A DNA stretch of 45,046 nucleotides, taken from positions 1-45,046 of the forward strand of contig CAZYCI010000002.1 in the NCBI GenBank assembly GCA_964645955.1, written 5' to 3'. The first letter of the stretch is position 1. Each line of letters begins with the position of its first letter. Under the pieces are notes generated by a model. The model ran no database searches, was not told where the DNA came from, and saw only the letters and a list, made by a program, of their open reading frames with translations. The position numbers and the translations under genes were made by a program. Source of the DNA: an uncultured Thermotogae bacterium. GTDB lineage: Bacteria > Bipolaricaulota > Bipolaricaulia > M55B111. Positions 1 through 7,644 of the stretch are shown piece after piece.

Positions 1-88
1 GTCGGACTGGCCAGATTAAAATTATTTGTGGTCGGAGTCCATAAGGGTGTGGTGACAAGTATGACCTAAATTTTGCGGTTTTCTCAGG

Positions 89-117
89 TTAGCTGAAAGT
101 TTAATGTTACTTATAAT
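89..117 (+). promoter_or_regulatory. Putative sigma70-type promoter (TTAGCT - 17 nt - TATAAT)
   Basis: There is a perfect TATAAT at 112-117. A weak -35-like TTAGCT lies at 89-94, 17 nt upstream. The site sits about 290 nt upstream of the DUF72 start codon. Confidence 0.3.
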
Positions 118-142
118 GCTTATTTTACAAACAAGAGTTGGT

Positions 143-263
143 CCAGCACCCAGATGAGGAATCTTGCTGGGATGATTTATCTTCCGTTGATTCGTCAAGG
201 TGGACTATTTTAGGACACCGGTAAAGACCATGACCCAGGCTCCGGAACTCATCTGGGTGCTGG
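143..263. repeat. Perfect 16-bp inverted repeat enclosing 89 nt; candidate RNA helix or MITE-like terminal inverted repeats
   Basis: CCAGCACCCAGATGAG (143-158) is the exact reverse complement of CTCATCTGGGTGCTGG (248-263). An internal TTGA-TTCG-TCAA hairpin lies at 187-198. The region has no credible ORF. Confidence 0.7.
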
Positions 264-409
264 TTGAAAGTCTCGAGAGAGTAAGTCGGCCTACCCGTAA
301 TTGTGTCACCCGGTAGGTGTGAAATACCAAATGGAATGGACCAAAGTGATTTCGTCTTGTGTACTTTCTTAGACATTGATCTCAAGCGAGATAATCGCAC
401 AACTTAGTT

Positions 410-1249
410 ATGATTAAAATTGGAACTAGCGGTTATTCCTACGACGACTGGAAAGGGATCATATACCCTGAAAGCCTCGATAAGAAAAACTTCTTAAAGC
501 ACTATTCGAACTACTTCAACCTCACCGAGATAAACTTTACCTACTACCGGCTCCCCACTCCGGGGATCTTTGAAAACATTATTAAAAAAGCCCCGGACGA
601 CTTCGAGTTCGTGGTCAAGCTTTCCGGGGAATTGACCCATGAGCGAGATAAAGCTAAATCCGCCGTGAAGCAGTTCAAAGCCGGGATCCAACCTCTGGTC
701 GAGAGCGGACAGCTTGTTACCACACTTGCCCAGTTCCCTTACTCCTTTAAGCCAACTGAAAAGAATTACGAGCACCTCAAGTTCCTTCGGGACCAGTTGA
801 ACGGCGTCGGGATCAACGTCGAATTTCGCAACGAATACTGGATAAAGGAAGAGACCTTTGAATTCCTCAGTGACAACGACCTGGGATACGTCTGCGTCGA
901 CGCACCGAACCTCCCGCGTTTGGTACCGCCAATAGTAAAAGCAACTACAGAACTGGGCTATATACGTTTTCACGGACGGAGAAAAGAACACTGGTGGAAC
1001 CCACCGGACCCCCACATGAGGTACGATTATCTCTACGACGAAGAGGAGCTGGAAGAGTGGGTGGACAAGGTCGAACAACTCGAAGAATACACCGACGACA
1101 TGGTCATCCTGTTCAACAACCACTATCAAGGGAAGTCCGCCAAAAACGCGAAGACTTTCTCCTCCCTTCTGGGACAGGAAGACGAAACGGAAGAATTACC
1201 GAAGCCAGGGGACCTAATTCAGCCCGGGAAAGACCTTTTTAATGCCTGA
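410..1249 (+). CDS. DUF72 (UPF0759, YecE-like) family protein
   Basis: 279-aa ORF. The N-terminus IGTSGYSYDDWKG..YP, then LTEINFTYYRLP and VEFRNEYW, match my recollection of DUF72 signatures. There is no SD sequence; the start context is TTAGTTATGAT. Confidence 0.75.
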   Translation: MIKIGTSGYSYDDWKGIIYPESLDKKNFLKHYSNYFNLTEINFTYYRLPTPGIFENIIKKAPDDFEFVVKLSGELTHERDKAKSAVKQFKAGIQPLVESGQLVTTLAQFPYSFKPTEKNYEHLKFLRDQLNGVGINVEFRNEYWIKEETFEFLSDNDLGYVCVDAPNLPRLVPPIVKATTELGYIRFHGRRKEHWWNPPDPHMRYDYLYDEEELEEWVDKVEQLEEYTDDMVILFNNHYQGKSAKNAKTFSSLLGQEDETEELPKPGDLIQPGKDLFNA

Positions 1250-1302
1250 ATAACCGCCTTCCGGCCGGCCGTCCCCCCTTGTAACCTCAAGCTAAATTAG
1301 TT

Positions 1303-2205
1303 ATGATAACTCTCAGTTTGTTTAATCTGGACAAATTTTACCTCTTTGGTGATCAATCTGTGGAAACTAAAAATAAAGAGATAAAAGATAAAAATATTGG
1401 AATTATTGGTGTCGGAACCATCGGGGGAACGCTCGTCGAAGCGCTGATTAAAAACGATATCGTCAGAGCTGAAAACATCTTTGGGAGCACCTCACACGAG
1501 GAGAGCGCGGAAAGGGTTGCAGACAAATACGGTATCGAGTCAACCACGGACAACGAAGCGGTCGTAAACCGGAGTGATATCGTAGTCCTCGCCGTCGAGC
1601 CACAGATGATAGAAACCGTCCTTGACGAAGTAAATTTTGCTTTTGCTCCGGACCAGCTCGTAATATCCGTAGCTGCAGGGATAACCACTGAATTCATCGA
1701 AGCCAAGCTGGACCGGGAAATCCCCGTAGTCCGCTCGATGCCCAACACTGCCATCACCGTAAACAGCGGGGCGACAACCCTCGTAGCCGGAAAATACTCA
1801 AGCGAAACCGAACTGGAACTCACAAAAGCAATATTCGAACCCGTTGGCCTCGTCGAGGTAGTCAAGGACGAGAAGCTTATGGACGCGATCACGGGGTTTT
1901 CCGGTTCGGGCCCGGCTTATGGTTATTTGATCATAGAATCCCTGATCGAAGCCGGTGTCAGAGTAGGGTTACCCCGCGAAAGGGCAACCAAGCTAGCCGC
2001 TCAGTCGCTGCTCGGCGCAGCAAAAATGGTCCTGGAAACCGACGAACACCCGGCCAAGTTGAAGGACATGGTCACAACTCCAGCCGGTGTAACGGTCGAT
2101 GCGATAATGAAACTGGAAGAAGGGGGAGTCAGGGTGGCCTTCTTTAAAGCCATCGAGGAAGCAACGGAAAAATCGAGACAGCTAAAAATCGACGAAGATA
2201 CGTAA
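1303..2205 (+). CDS. proC: Pyrroline-5-carboxylate reductase
   Basis: Rossmann motif IGIIGVGTIGGTL, a central SVAAGI block, and the C-terminal P5CR dimerisation motif MVTTPAGVTVDAIMKLEEGGVR. The start is uncertain: the first roughly 30 aa are atypical, an in-frame GTG lies at 1360, and there is no SD. Confidence 0.85.
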   Translation: MITLSLFNLDKFYLFGDQSVETKNKEIKDKNIGIIGVGTIGGTLVEALIKNDIVRAENIFGSTSHEESAERVADKYGIESTTDNEAVVNRSDIVVLAVEPQMIETVLDEVNFAFAPDQLVISVAAGITTEFIEAKLDREIPVVRSMPNTAITVNSGATTLVAGKYSSETELELTKAIFEPVGLVEVVKDEKLMDAITGFSGSGPAYGYLIIESLIEAGVRVGLPRERATKLAAQSLLGAAKMVLETDEHPAKLKDMVTTPAGVTVDAIMKLEEGGVRVAFFKAIEEATEKSRQLKIDEDT

Positions 2206-2341
2206 GAACTTAAAAGAGTCTTAGACCAGCTTGGGAGCTTTTTTCTTTAGCAGAAAAAGACCTTTCAGTTATCAGAGATCTATTGTTCTATCAATATAAG
2301 CTTTATTTTACTCTTTAGAAAACCTTTTTGAGGTGATTCAG

Positions 2342-3094
2342 GTGTTAAGGGTTGAGAACCTCAGTAAGAGTTTCGGAGGGATTGACGCAGTTCAAAACTG
2401 TTCTATTTCAGTTGAAAAGGGAACTATAACGGGTTTGATTGGCCCAAATGGAGCTGGGAAAACTACGCTGTTTAACCTGGTGACCGGCTTTCACCAGCCG
2501 GACTCGGGCCGGGTTTATTTCAAGGACGAGGATATCACGGACCTCAGCCCTCACGAGATATTCGAGAGGAACCTTTTCCGGACGTTCCAGATTACCAGAG
2601 AGATCCAGGAAATGACGGTACTGGAGAACCTGATGCTGATTCCACGACAGCAGACCGGTGAGACACTCTGGAATGCATGGTTCAACAGGAACCTTATCAG
2701 CAGGGAGGAGGACGGACACAGAGAAACCGCTCTGGAAGTCCTAGACTTCCTCGAAATGGAGGATAGAAAGTACGACCTGGCAAAAAACCTCCCGGGCGGG
2801 GAAAAGAAACTGCTGGATCTGGGGAGAATGATGATGGCGGACCCCGAAATGGTTCTGCTGGACGAACCGGGATCCGGAGTACCACCCTCTTTACAGAACA
2901 AGGTAAACAACTACGTCAGGGAGATTAGCGAGGAAAGGGGAATCACCTTTCTGGTCGTTGAGCACGATATGAACATCATCATGGACTTATGTGACCCGAT
3001 AATCGTCCTCGTCGACGGCGAGAAGTTGACTCAAGGTGGGCCGGAAGAAGTTAGGAACGACGAACAGGTAATCGAAGCTTACCTGGGAAGCTAA
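2342..3094 (+). CDS. livG: Branched-chain amino-acid ABC transporter, ATP-binding protein (LivG-like)
   Basis: Walker A GPNGAGKTT, signature LPGGEKKLLDLGR, Walker B VLLDEP, and the LivG-type C-terminus VIEAYLG. I place the start at GTG 2342, 5 nt after GAGGTGA (2330-2336). The ORF track starts at GTG 2333. Confidence 0.85.
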   Translation: MLRVENLSKSFGGIDAVQNCSISVEKGTITGLIGPNGAGKTTLFNLVTGFHQPDSGRVYFKDEDITDLSPHEIFERNLFRTFQITREIQEMTVLENLMLIPRQQTGETLWNAWFNRNLISREEDGHRETALEVLDFLEMEDRKYDLAKNLPGGEKKLLDLGRMMMADPEMVLLDEPGSGVPPSLQNKVNNYVREISEERGITFLVVEHDMNIIMDLCDPIIVLVDGEKLTQGGPEEVRNDEQVIEAYLGS

Positions 3095-3115
3095 ACCAAC
3101 AGGAGGTGAATCGAT

Positions 3116-3817
3116 TTGTCACTACTCAACATAAATAACCTTTCCGCCGGTTACGGGGAAGTAGACGTACTGCACGGTATTTCAATGGATATAGCCGAAG
3201 GGGAACTCGTCGCTACCATCGGTCCAAACGGGGCCGGTAAATCGACACTGCTCCGTTCCATATCAGGGGTTATTACCCCGGACGAAGGGAAGTTACAACT
3301 GGAAGGGCGAGATATCACGGGCTCCGAACCAGAGGATACAATCAGAATGGGAATGAGCTACGTTCCACAGGACGACAACATCTTTCCCTCGCTTACCGTA
3401 AGGGAGAACCTGGAAATGGGAGCCTTCACGCTTGAGGGGGATTTTGAGGACAGAATCGACGAAATCTGTACCATATTTCCCCAGTTAAGGGAGAGAATGG
3501 GGCAAAAAGCCGGTACCATGTCGGGCGGCCAGCAGCAGATGGTAGCGGTCGGTCGGGGACTATTGATACAACCCAAAGTTCTTCTTCTGGACGAACCAAC
3601 CGCCGGATTACAGCCATCGCTGGTCAAGATGATGCTGGGGAAGGTCGAGGAAATAAATGAAAGGGGCGTAACGGTACTGCTGGTAGCTCAGACGATAGAT
3701 GCTTTGCGACTCGCCAGTCGCGCCTACCTGCTATCCGCCGGACAAATGGTTCTTTCCGGGGGTACGGACGAGTTATTGGATACCGAAAGAGTCCAGGATC
3801 TTTATTTTGGGGGTTAA
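3116..3817 (+). CDS. livF: Branched-chain amino-acid ABC transporter, ATP-binding protein (LivF-like)
   Basis: Walker A GPNGAGKST, signature MSGGQQQMVAVGR, Walker B LLLDEPTAGL. TTG start, 5 nt after AGGAGGTGA. Confidence 0.85.
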   Translation: MSLLNINNLSAGYGEVDVLHGISMDIAEGELVATIGPNGAGKSTLLRSISGVITPDEGKLQLEGRDITGSEPEDTIRMGMSYVPQDDNIFPSLTVRENLEMGAFTLEGDFEDRIDEICTIFPQLRERMGQKAGTMSGGQQQMVAVGRGLLIQPKVLLLDEPTAGLQPSLVKMMLGKVEEINERGVTVLLVAQTIDALRLASRAYLLSAGQMVLSGGTDELLDTERVQDLYFGG

Positions 3818-3831
3818 TGAGGTGAGTACAG

Positions 3832-4758
3832 ATGGCTAATCTGCTTGTAAACGGAATTATTCTTGGAAGTATATTTACGCTCGGAGCCATTGGAGTTACG
3901 TTAATCGCGGATATATTGAATTTCTTCAACTTTGCCCACGGAGATATGCTCAGCTTTGGAGCCTATCTGGCCCTATTTTTCGTCGGGATAATGCCGAGCT
4001 GGAGCAATTTCCCCGGGCTATCTTTCGGGCCGGCCATGATACTCGCTATAGTTTTTGCCATGGTCGTGATGGCGGCGTTTGCCCTGTTCTTTGACAAGGT
4101 GCTATTTAAACCGCTTCGGGAAAGGGGATCGAGCGAACTTTTCCTCGCCCTCTCTTCGCTCGGAGTTGCTTTCATATTCAGGTCGATAATTAGACTGGTC
4201 TGGGGGCCGCAGGCCCAGTACTACGGTGGCCTGCAGATGGCAAAACACTACCCCTTAGGGATAACGATCAAGCCGGACGAGTTCTTCATAGTGGGTACGG
4301 CGCTATTTTTGGTGGTAGTAGTCTACCTCTTTCTAAAGCGCACGAAGATAGGCAAAGCAATGAGAGCGGCTTCGGACAACAAAACCCTGGCAAGGGTCAC
4401 GGGAATAGATACGGAAAAGGTAGTAAACTGGACCTGGATAATCGCCGTTTCCCTGACCGCCGCGGCCGGGGTACTCTATGGTATCGAGGTACAGTTAAGA
4501 CCGATAATGGGCTGGAACATTCTGATCCCAATATTCGTCGCGGTCGTTGTCGCCGGCGTAGGCGACCTCTGGGGAGCAATGGTCGGAGCAATGATCATCG
4601 GGATAGCCCAGGAAATGCTTACCGGCGTCCTGCAGAACCTGTTTAATGCCATGGATCTTAACGTTCTCATGACCGCCTACAAACCCGCAATAGCTTTTAT
4701 TTTGATGGTGATAGTTCTGTTATTTAGACCTCAAGGGATATTCGGAACGGGAGAGTGA
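3832..4758 (+). CDS. livH: Branched-chain amino-acid ABC transporter permease (LivH-like)
   Basis: 308-aa polytopic membrane protein with the LivH-like N-terminus LVNGIILGSIFTLGAIGVTLI and a conserved AMRAASDN block. GAGGTGA RBS. Confidence 0.8.
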   Translation: MANLLVNGIILGSIFTLGAIGVTLIADILNFFNFAHGDMLSFGAYLALFFVGIMPSWSNFPGLSFGPAMILAIVFAMVVMAAFALFFDKVLFKPLRERGSSELFLALSSLGVAFIFRSIIRLVWGPQAQYYGGLQMAKHYPLGITIKPDEFFIVGTALFLVVVVYLFLKRTKIGKAMRAASDNKTLARVTGIDTEKVVNWTWIIAVSLTAAAGVLYGIEVQLRPIMGWNILIPIFVAVVVAGVGDLWGAMVGAMIIGIAQEMLTGVLQNLFNAMDLNVLMTAYKPAIAFILMVIVLLFRPQGIFGTGE

Positions 4759-4762
4759 AAAA

Positions 4763-5707
4763 ATGCTAAGTTATTTCATTTCCTACCTGATCATGGCAAG
4801 CACCTACGGGATAGCTGCGCTGGCACTTAACCTACAGTGGGGCTTTACGGGCTTGATGAACTTCGGTATCGGTACTTTCTATTTTGTAGGTGCATACACG
4901 TCGGCCCTGCTGACTACGTCTTCATCTCCCGATTACGTTGGAGGATTTGGTCTGCCCTTTATCGTGGGGTTGATAGGTGCCGCCCTTTTATCAGGATTAC
5001 TGGCTTACCTTCTTGCCTTTCCCGCCCTGCGGTTGCGAGGGGGTTTCTTTGCTATTTCCATGCTGGCAATCTCGGAAACAATCCGCTTAATCGTAAAAAA
5101 CGAAAAATGGCTTACCAATGGTGTTTGGGGGATTAGAGGTATACCTCAACCTTTGAGAAATCTCGTTGGGGCCGACTTTTCCGAGTGGATATACCTGGGA
5201 ATCGCGGCAGTCCTCCTCTTTATATTTTACCGAATGATGGAAGTCGGAGTTCGTTCTCCCTGGGGAAGAGTACTCAATGCCGTCAGAGAGGACGAGAAGA
5301 TGGCCGAGATGTCCGGAAAGGATAGCTGGAACGTAAAGATGCAGTCCTTTGTATTCGGCTCCATGGTCATGGGAGTTTCCGGTGCTCTCTACGCTCACTA
5401 CATGGGCTTCATCAGCCCCAGTTCCTTCACCCCTCTCATGGCTACTTTTATCGTCTGGTTGATGATTCTGCTCGGCGGAACTGGAAGCAACAAGGGCGTA
5501 ATATTTGGGGCTTTCGTTGTTTGGGGAGTCTGGATAGGAAGCGAATTCCTTATTGACTTTTTGCCTTCCGGAATCACTAACAAAGCTGGATTTGTCCGGA
5601 TGCTTTTGATGGGAATACTTCTGGACGTGATACTTTTGATCAGACCTCAAGGCCTATTTGGCAGGGAGAAGATAATATCGAAGCTGGGAGGCAGCAGTAA
5701 CGAATAA
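4763..5707 (+). CDS. livM: Branched-chain amino-acid ABC transporter permease (LivM-like)
   Basis: 314-aa polytopic membrane protein with LNLQWGFTGLMNFG and a REDEKMAEMSG block typical of LivM. It starts 4 nt after the livH stop. Confidence 0.8.
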   Translation: MLSYFISYLIMASTYGIAALALNLQWGFTGLMNFGIGTFYFVGAYTSALLTTSSSPDYVGGFGLPFIVGLIGAALLSGLLAYLLAFPALRLRGGFFAISMLAISETIRLIVKNEKWLTNGVWGIRGIPQPLRNLVGADFSEWIYLGIAAVLLFIFYRMMEVGVRSPWGRVLNAVREDEKMAEMSGKDSWNVKMQSFVFGSMVMGVSGALYAHYMGFISPSSFTPLMATFIVWLMILLGGTGSNKGVIFGAFVVWGVWIGSEFLIDFLPSGITNKAGFVRMLLMGILLDVILLIRPQGLFGREKIISKLGGSSNE

Positions 5708-5741
5708 CGACTATTGTACAGAGGTTAGAGATAGAAAAAAC

Positions 5742-5772
5742 AAAAAGGGCCCCGATTCGGGGCCCTTTTTTT
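5742..5772. terminator. Bidirectional rho-independent terminator between convergent livM and livJ-like genes
   Basis: AAAAA-GGGCCCCG-att-CGGGGCCC-TTTTTTT. It has a perfect 8-bp GC stem flanked by an A-run and a T-run. Confidence 0.75.
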
Positions 5773-5799
5773 CATCCGATTCTGCTCCTTAAAATTTTA

Positions 5800-7098
5800 T
5801 TACTTCTCTTCCACTATCTTGGCGGGTACGAACCGGCCATCCTGTACCGCTATTTCTTCCACGCGATCGGTGACGATTTCCCCGTCCTCGATCTTCCAAA
5901 CCTGAATCGGTGAGACGACGTCACCGTCGGCGTTGAAGTCAACTGATCCACCGGCTCCTTCGTAATTAATGTCTTTACCCTCTTCCAGCAGTTTGAATGC
6001 CTTCTCGAATTCCTCCGGACCGGCGTAGACTTTCTCTCCTGGAGGGTTGGAGACGTCGCGCAGGTTGTTCTTAATCGCTTCAGAATCCGTGCTCCCCGCC
6101 TTCTGCATTGCCAGACTGATCACGGTAGCAGCGTCGTAGGCGTTGGTCATGAATGGTTTCGGTGGCGTAGAACCGTACTCTTCAGTATAAGACTCCTTAA
6201 AGGTATTCGCCGAAGGAGTATCCTTGGAACCGGGAGCAGTACCGTACATTCCGTTCAGGTATTGAGCACCAACGTTCTCGATTATTTCCGGGGCCTGCAT
6301 CCCGTCGGGGAACATAAACTCGTCTACGTAACCGCCGGATATCGCTTGCCTGATTATGTTGGTTCCGTTTTCCGGGTATCCGATAAGGACGAGAGCTTCC
6401 GGGTTTCCCGCCGTGGCTTCCGCCAGCTCTCCCCGATACGAAGCCTTCCCCTTTTCGTAAGGAACTTTATTCAGCACTTCCCCGCCTCTTTCTTGAAACC
6501 AGTCGCCCGCAGCATCGGCCAGTCCTTTACCGTAGTCGTTGTTCACGTAAATCATTGAGAGTTTTTCGTAATCGAGGTCCAGCGCGAGCTGACCGATAAT
6601 TACTCCCTGGAGCGCGTCACTGGGAACGGTCCTGAAGACGTAGTCATCGTCCTCCAGACCGGTCATCTGAGGGGTCGTCGCCGAAGGAGATATCTGAACC
6701 ACCTTCTCCGGAATGGAGACGCTTTCAGCAACCGGAAGAGTGACTCCGCTGGATAGGGCACCAACGAAGGCATTCACTCCATCAACGTTAACCAGCTTCT
6801 TCGCCGCATCCACGCCACTGGTGGGGTCGGTTTTGCTATCCCGCGTTACGATTGTAACCTCTTTGCCAAGGACACCACCGGCTTCGTTTAAGTGTTTTGC
6901 AGCCAGCAATACCCCGTTGTTGATTGGGGGGCCGTAAGAAGCAAGCGCACCACTCATGGCCATCAGAGAACCTATTTTTACCTTTTCTTCCTGAGCCTGA
7001 ACAGCCGGACCCGGGACTACCAGACCGGCAAGCAAGACCAGTACTATGCCAAGAATAAATCCGTATGATCCATTCTTAATATTCTTCATTTCTTTCAC
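5800..7098 (-). CDS. livJ: Branched-chain amino-acid ABC transporter substrate-binding protein (LivJ/K-like, Peripla_BP_6)
   Basis: 432 aa. It has a signal peptide ending AVQA-QEE with no lipobox Cys. The KIGSLMAMSGALASYG and VGALSSGV blocks are typical of LIV-binding proteins. GTG start at 7098, 6 nt after GGAGGG. Confidence 0.8.
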   Translation of the reverse strand: MKEMKNIKNGSYGFILGIVLVLLAGLVVPGPAVQAQEEKVKIGSLMAMSGALASYGPPINNGVLLAAKHLNEAGGVLGKEVTIVTRDSKTDPTSGVDAAKKLVNVDGVNAFVGALSSGVTLPVAESVSIPEKVVQISPSATTPQMTGLEDDDYVFRTVPSDALQGVIIGQLALDLDYEKLSMIYVNNDYGKGLADAAGDWFQERGGEVLNKVPYEKGKASYRGELAEATAGNPEALVLIGYPENGTNIIRQAISGGYVDEFMFPDGMQAPEIIENVGAQYLNGMYGTAPGSKDTPSANTFKESYTEEYGSTPPKPFMTNAYDAATVISLAMQKAGSTDSEAIKNNLRDVSNPPGEKVYAGPEEFEKAFKLLEEGKDINYEGAGGSVDFNADGDVVSPIQVWKIEDGEIVTDRVEEIAVQDGRFVPAKIVEEK

Positions 7099-7129
7099 TA
7101 TTTACCCTCCTTTTGGGTTGATTGAACGG

Positions 7130-7158
7130 ATTATAATGAAAATTATACAGGTATACAA
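7130..7158 (-). promoter_or_regulatory. Putative promoter for livJ-like gene (TTGTAT - 17 nt - TATAAT on minus strand)
   Basis: On the minus strand, TTGTAT (7158-7153), a 17-nt spacer and TATAAT (7135-7130). The site lies about 30 nt upstream of the GTG start. Confidence 0.35.
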
Positions 7159-7360
7159 GACTGAAAGTTGACAACCAAATATTGGGTAAGGGGATTTAAC
7201 GTGTTTTGGGTCCCGAAACCACCTGCCCCTCAATGCTGACACGGAAATGTTTTTCAACCGGAAACCTTGAAGTTTTGCTGATATCCCGAAAAGGGCTGAA
7301 TAAAAAAAGGAGCAATATACGGCATACAGTACCTATAACTCAAGCTTTTTGGATTTTGGA

Positions 7361-7389
7361 TTGACAATTTACTCAAAAATAGATATTAT
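7361..7389 (+). promoter_or_regulatory. Sigma70-type promoter (TTGACA - 17 nt - TATTAT)
   Basis: Consensus -35 TTGACA at 7361-7366, an exact 17-nt spacer, and -10 TATTAT at 7384-7389. Confidence 0.5.
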
Positions 7390-7425
7390 TGTTTAAATTA
7401 TGAATCAAAAGAGGCCCATTTGGCT

Positions 7426-7521
7426 ATGAATAAGAAAAGAAGTCAATCTCACAAAACAACGGAGGTGATAGAGGGAGAAGAGAGGTATAAGGTTAGCTAT
7501 ACTTATTATCGGTACGAGTAA
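7426..7521 (+). CDS. Candidate 31-codon Tyr-rich leader peptide or small protein (MNKKRSQSHKTTEVIEGEERYKVSYTYYRYE)
   Basis: ATG at 7426 with an AAGAGG-like RBS at 7409-7414. Five Tyr codons fall among the last 11 sense codons. The ORF lies between the 7361 promoter and the 7564 terminator. It is not in the ORF track because it is under 60 aa. Confidence 0.3.
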   Translation: MNKKRSQSHKTTEVIEGEERYKVSYTYYRYE

Positions 7522-7563
7522 GGGTTGGGGTGCGTTATCAAAATATTTACCCTAAACCCAGGC

Positions 7564-7593
7564 AAACTATAGGTTTATCCTATAGTTTTTTTT
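7564..7593 (+). terminator. Rho-independent terminator or attenuator
   Basis: AAACTATAGG-tttat-CCTATAGTTT forms a perfect 10-bp stem and runs into a tract of 8 T. It lies 51 nt upstream of the binding-protein ATG. Confidence 0.65.
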
Positions 7594-7644
7594 ATTTGGC
7601 GTGGTCAATAAAAAGAGATATAGATTACCTCACAGGAGGTTATC

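Noticed and set aside
1-300. Fragments vaguely resembling RNase P RNA conserved regions: AGTCCATAAGGGTGTGGTGACAAGTATGACC at about 35-66 and AGTAAGTCGGCCTAC at about 280-294.
   Set aside because: The putative P4 strands do not pair properly. GGAAAGTCCGG-type CR-I and the other conserved regions are missing, and the spacing is far too short for a bacterial RNase P RNA.
125-400. 91-aa ORF on the minus strand covering the first intergenic region.
   Set aside because: It has no RBS, an odd composition, no recognisable family, and it contains both arms of a perfect 16-bp inverted repeat. The region is more plausibly noncoding.
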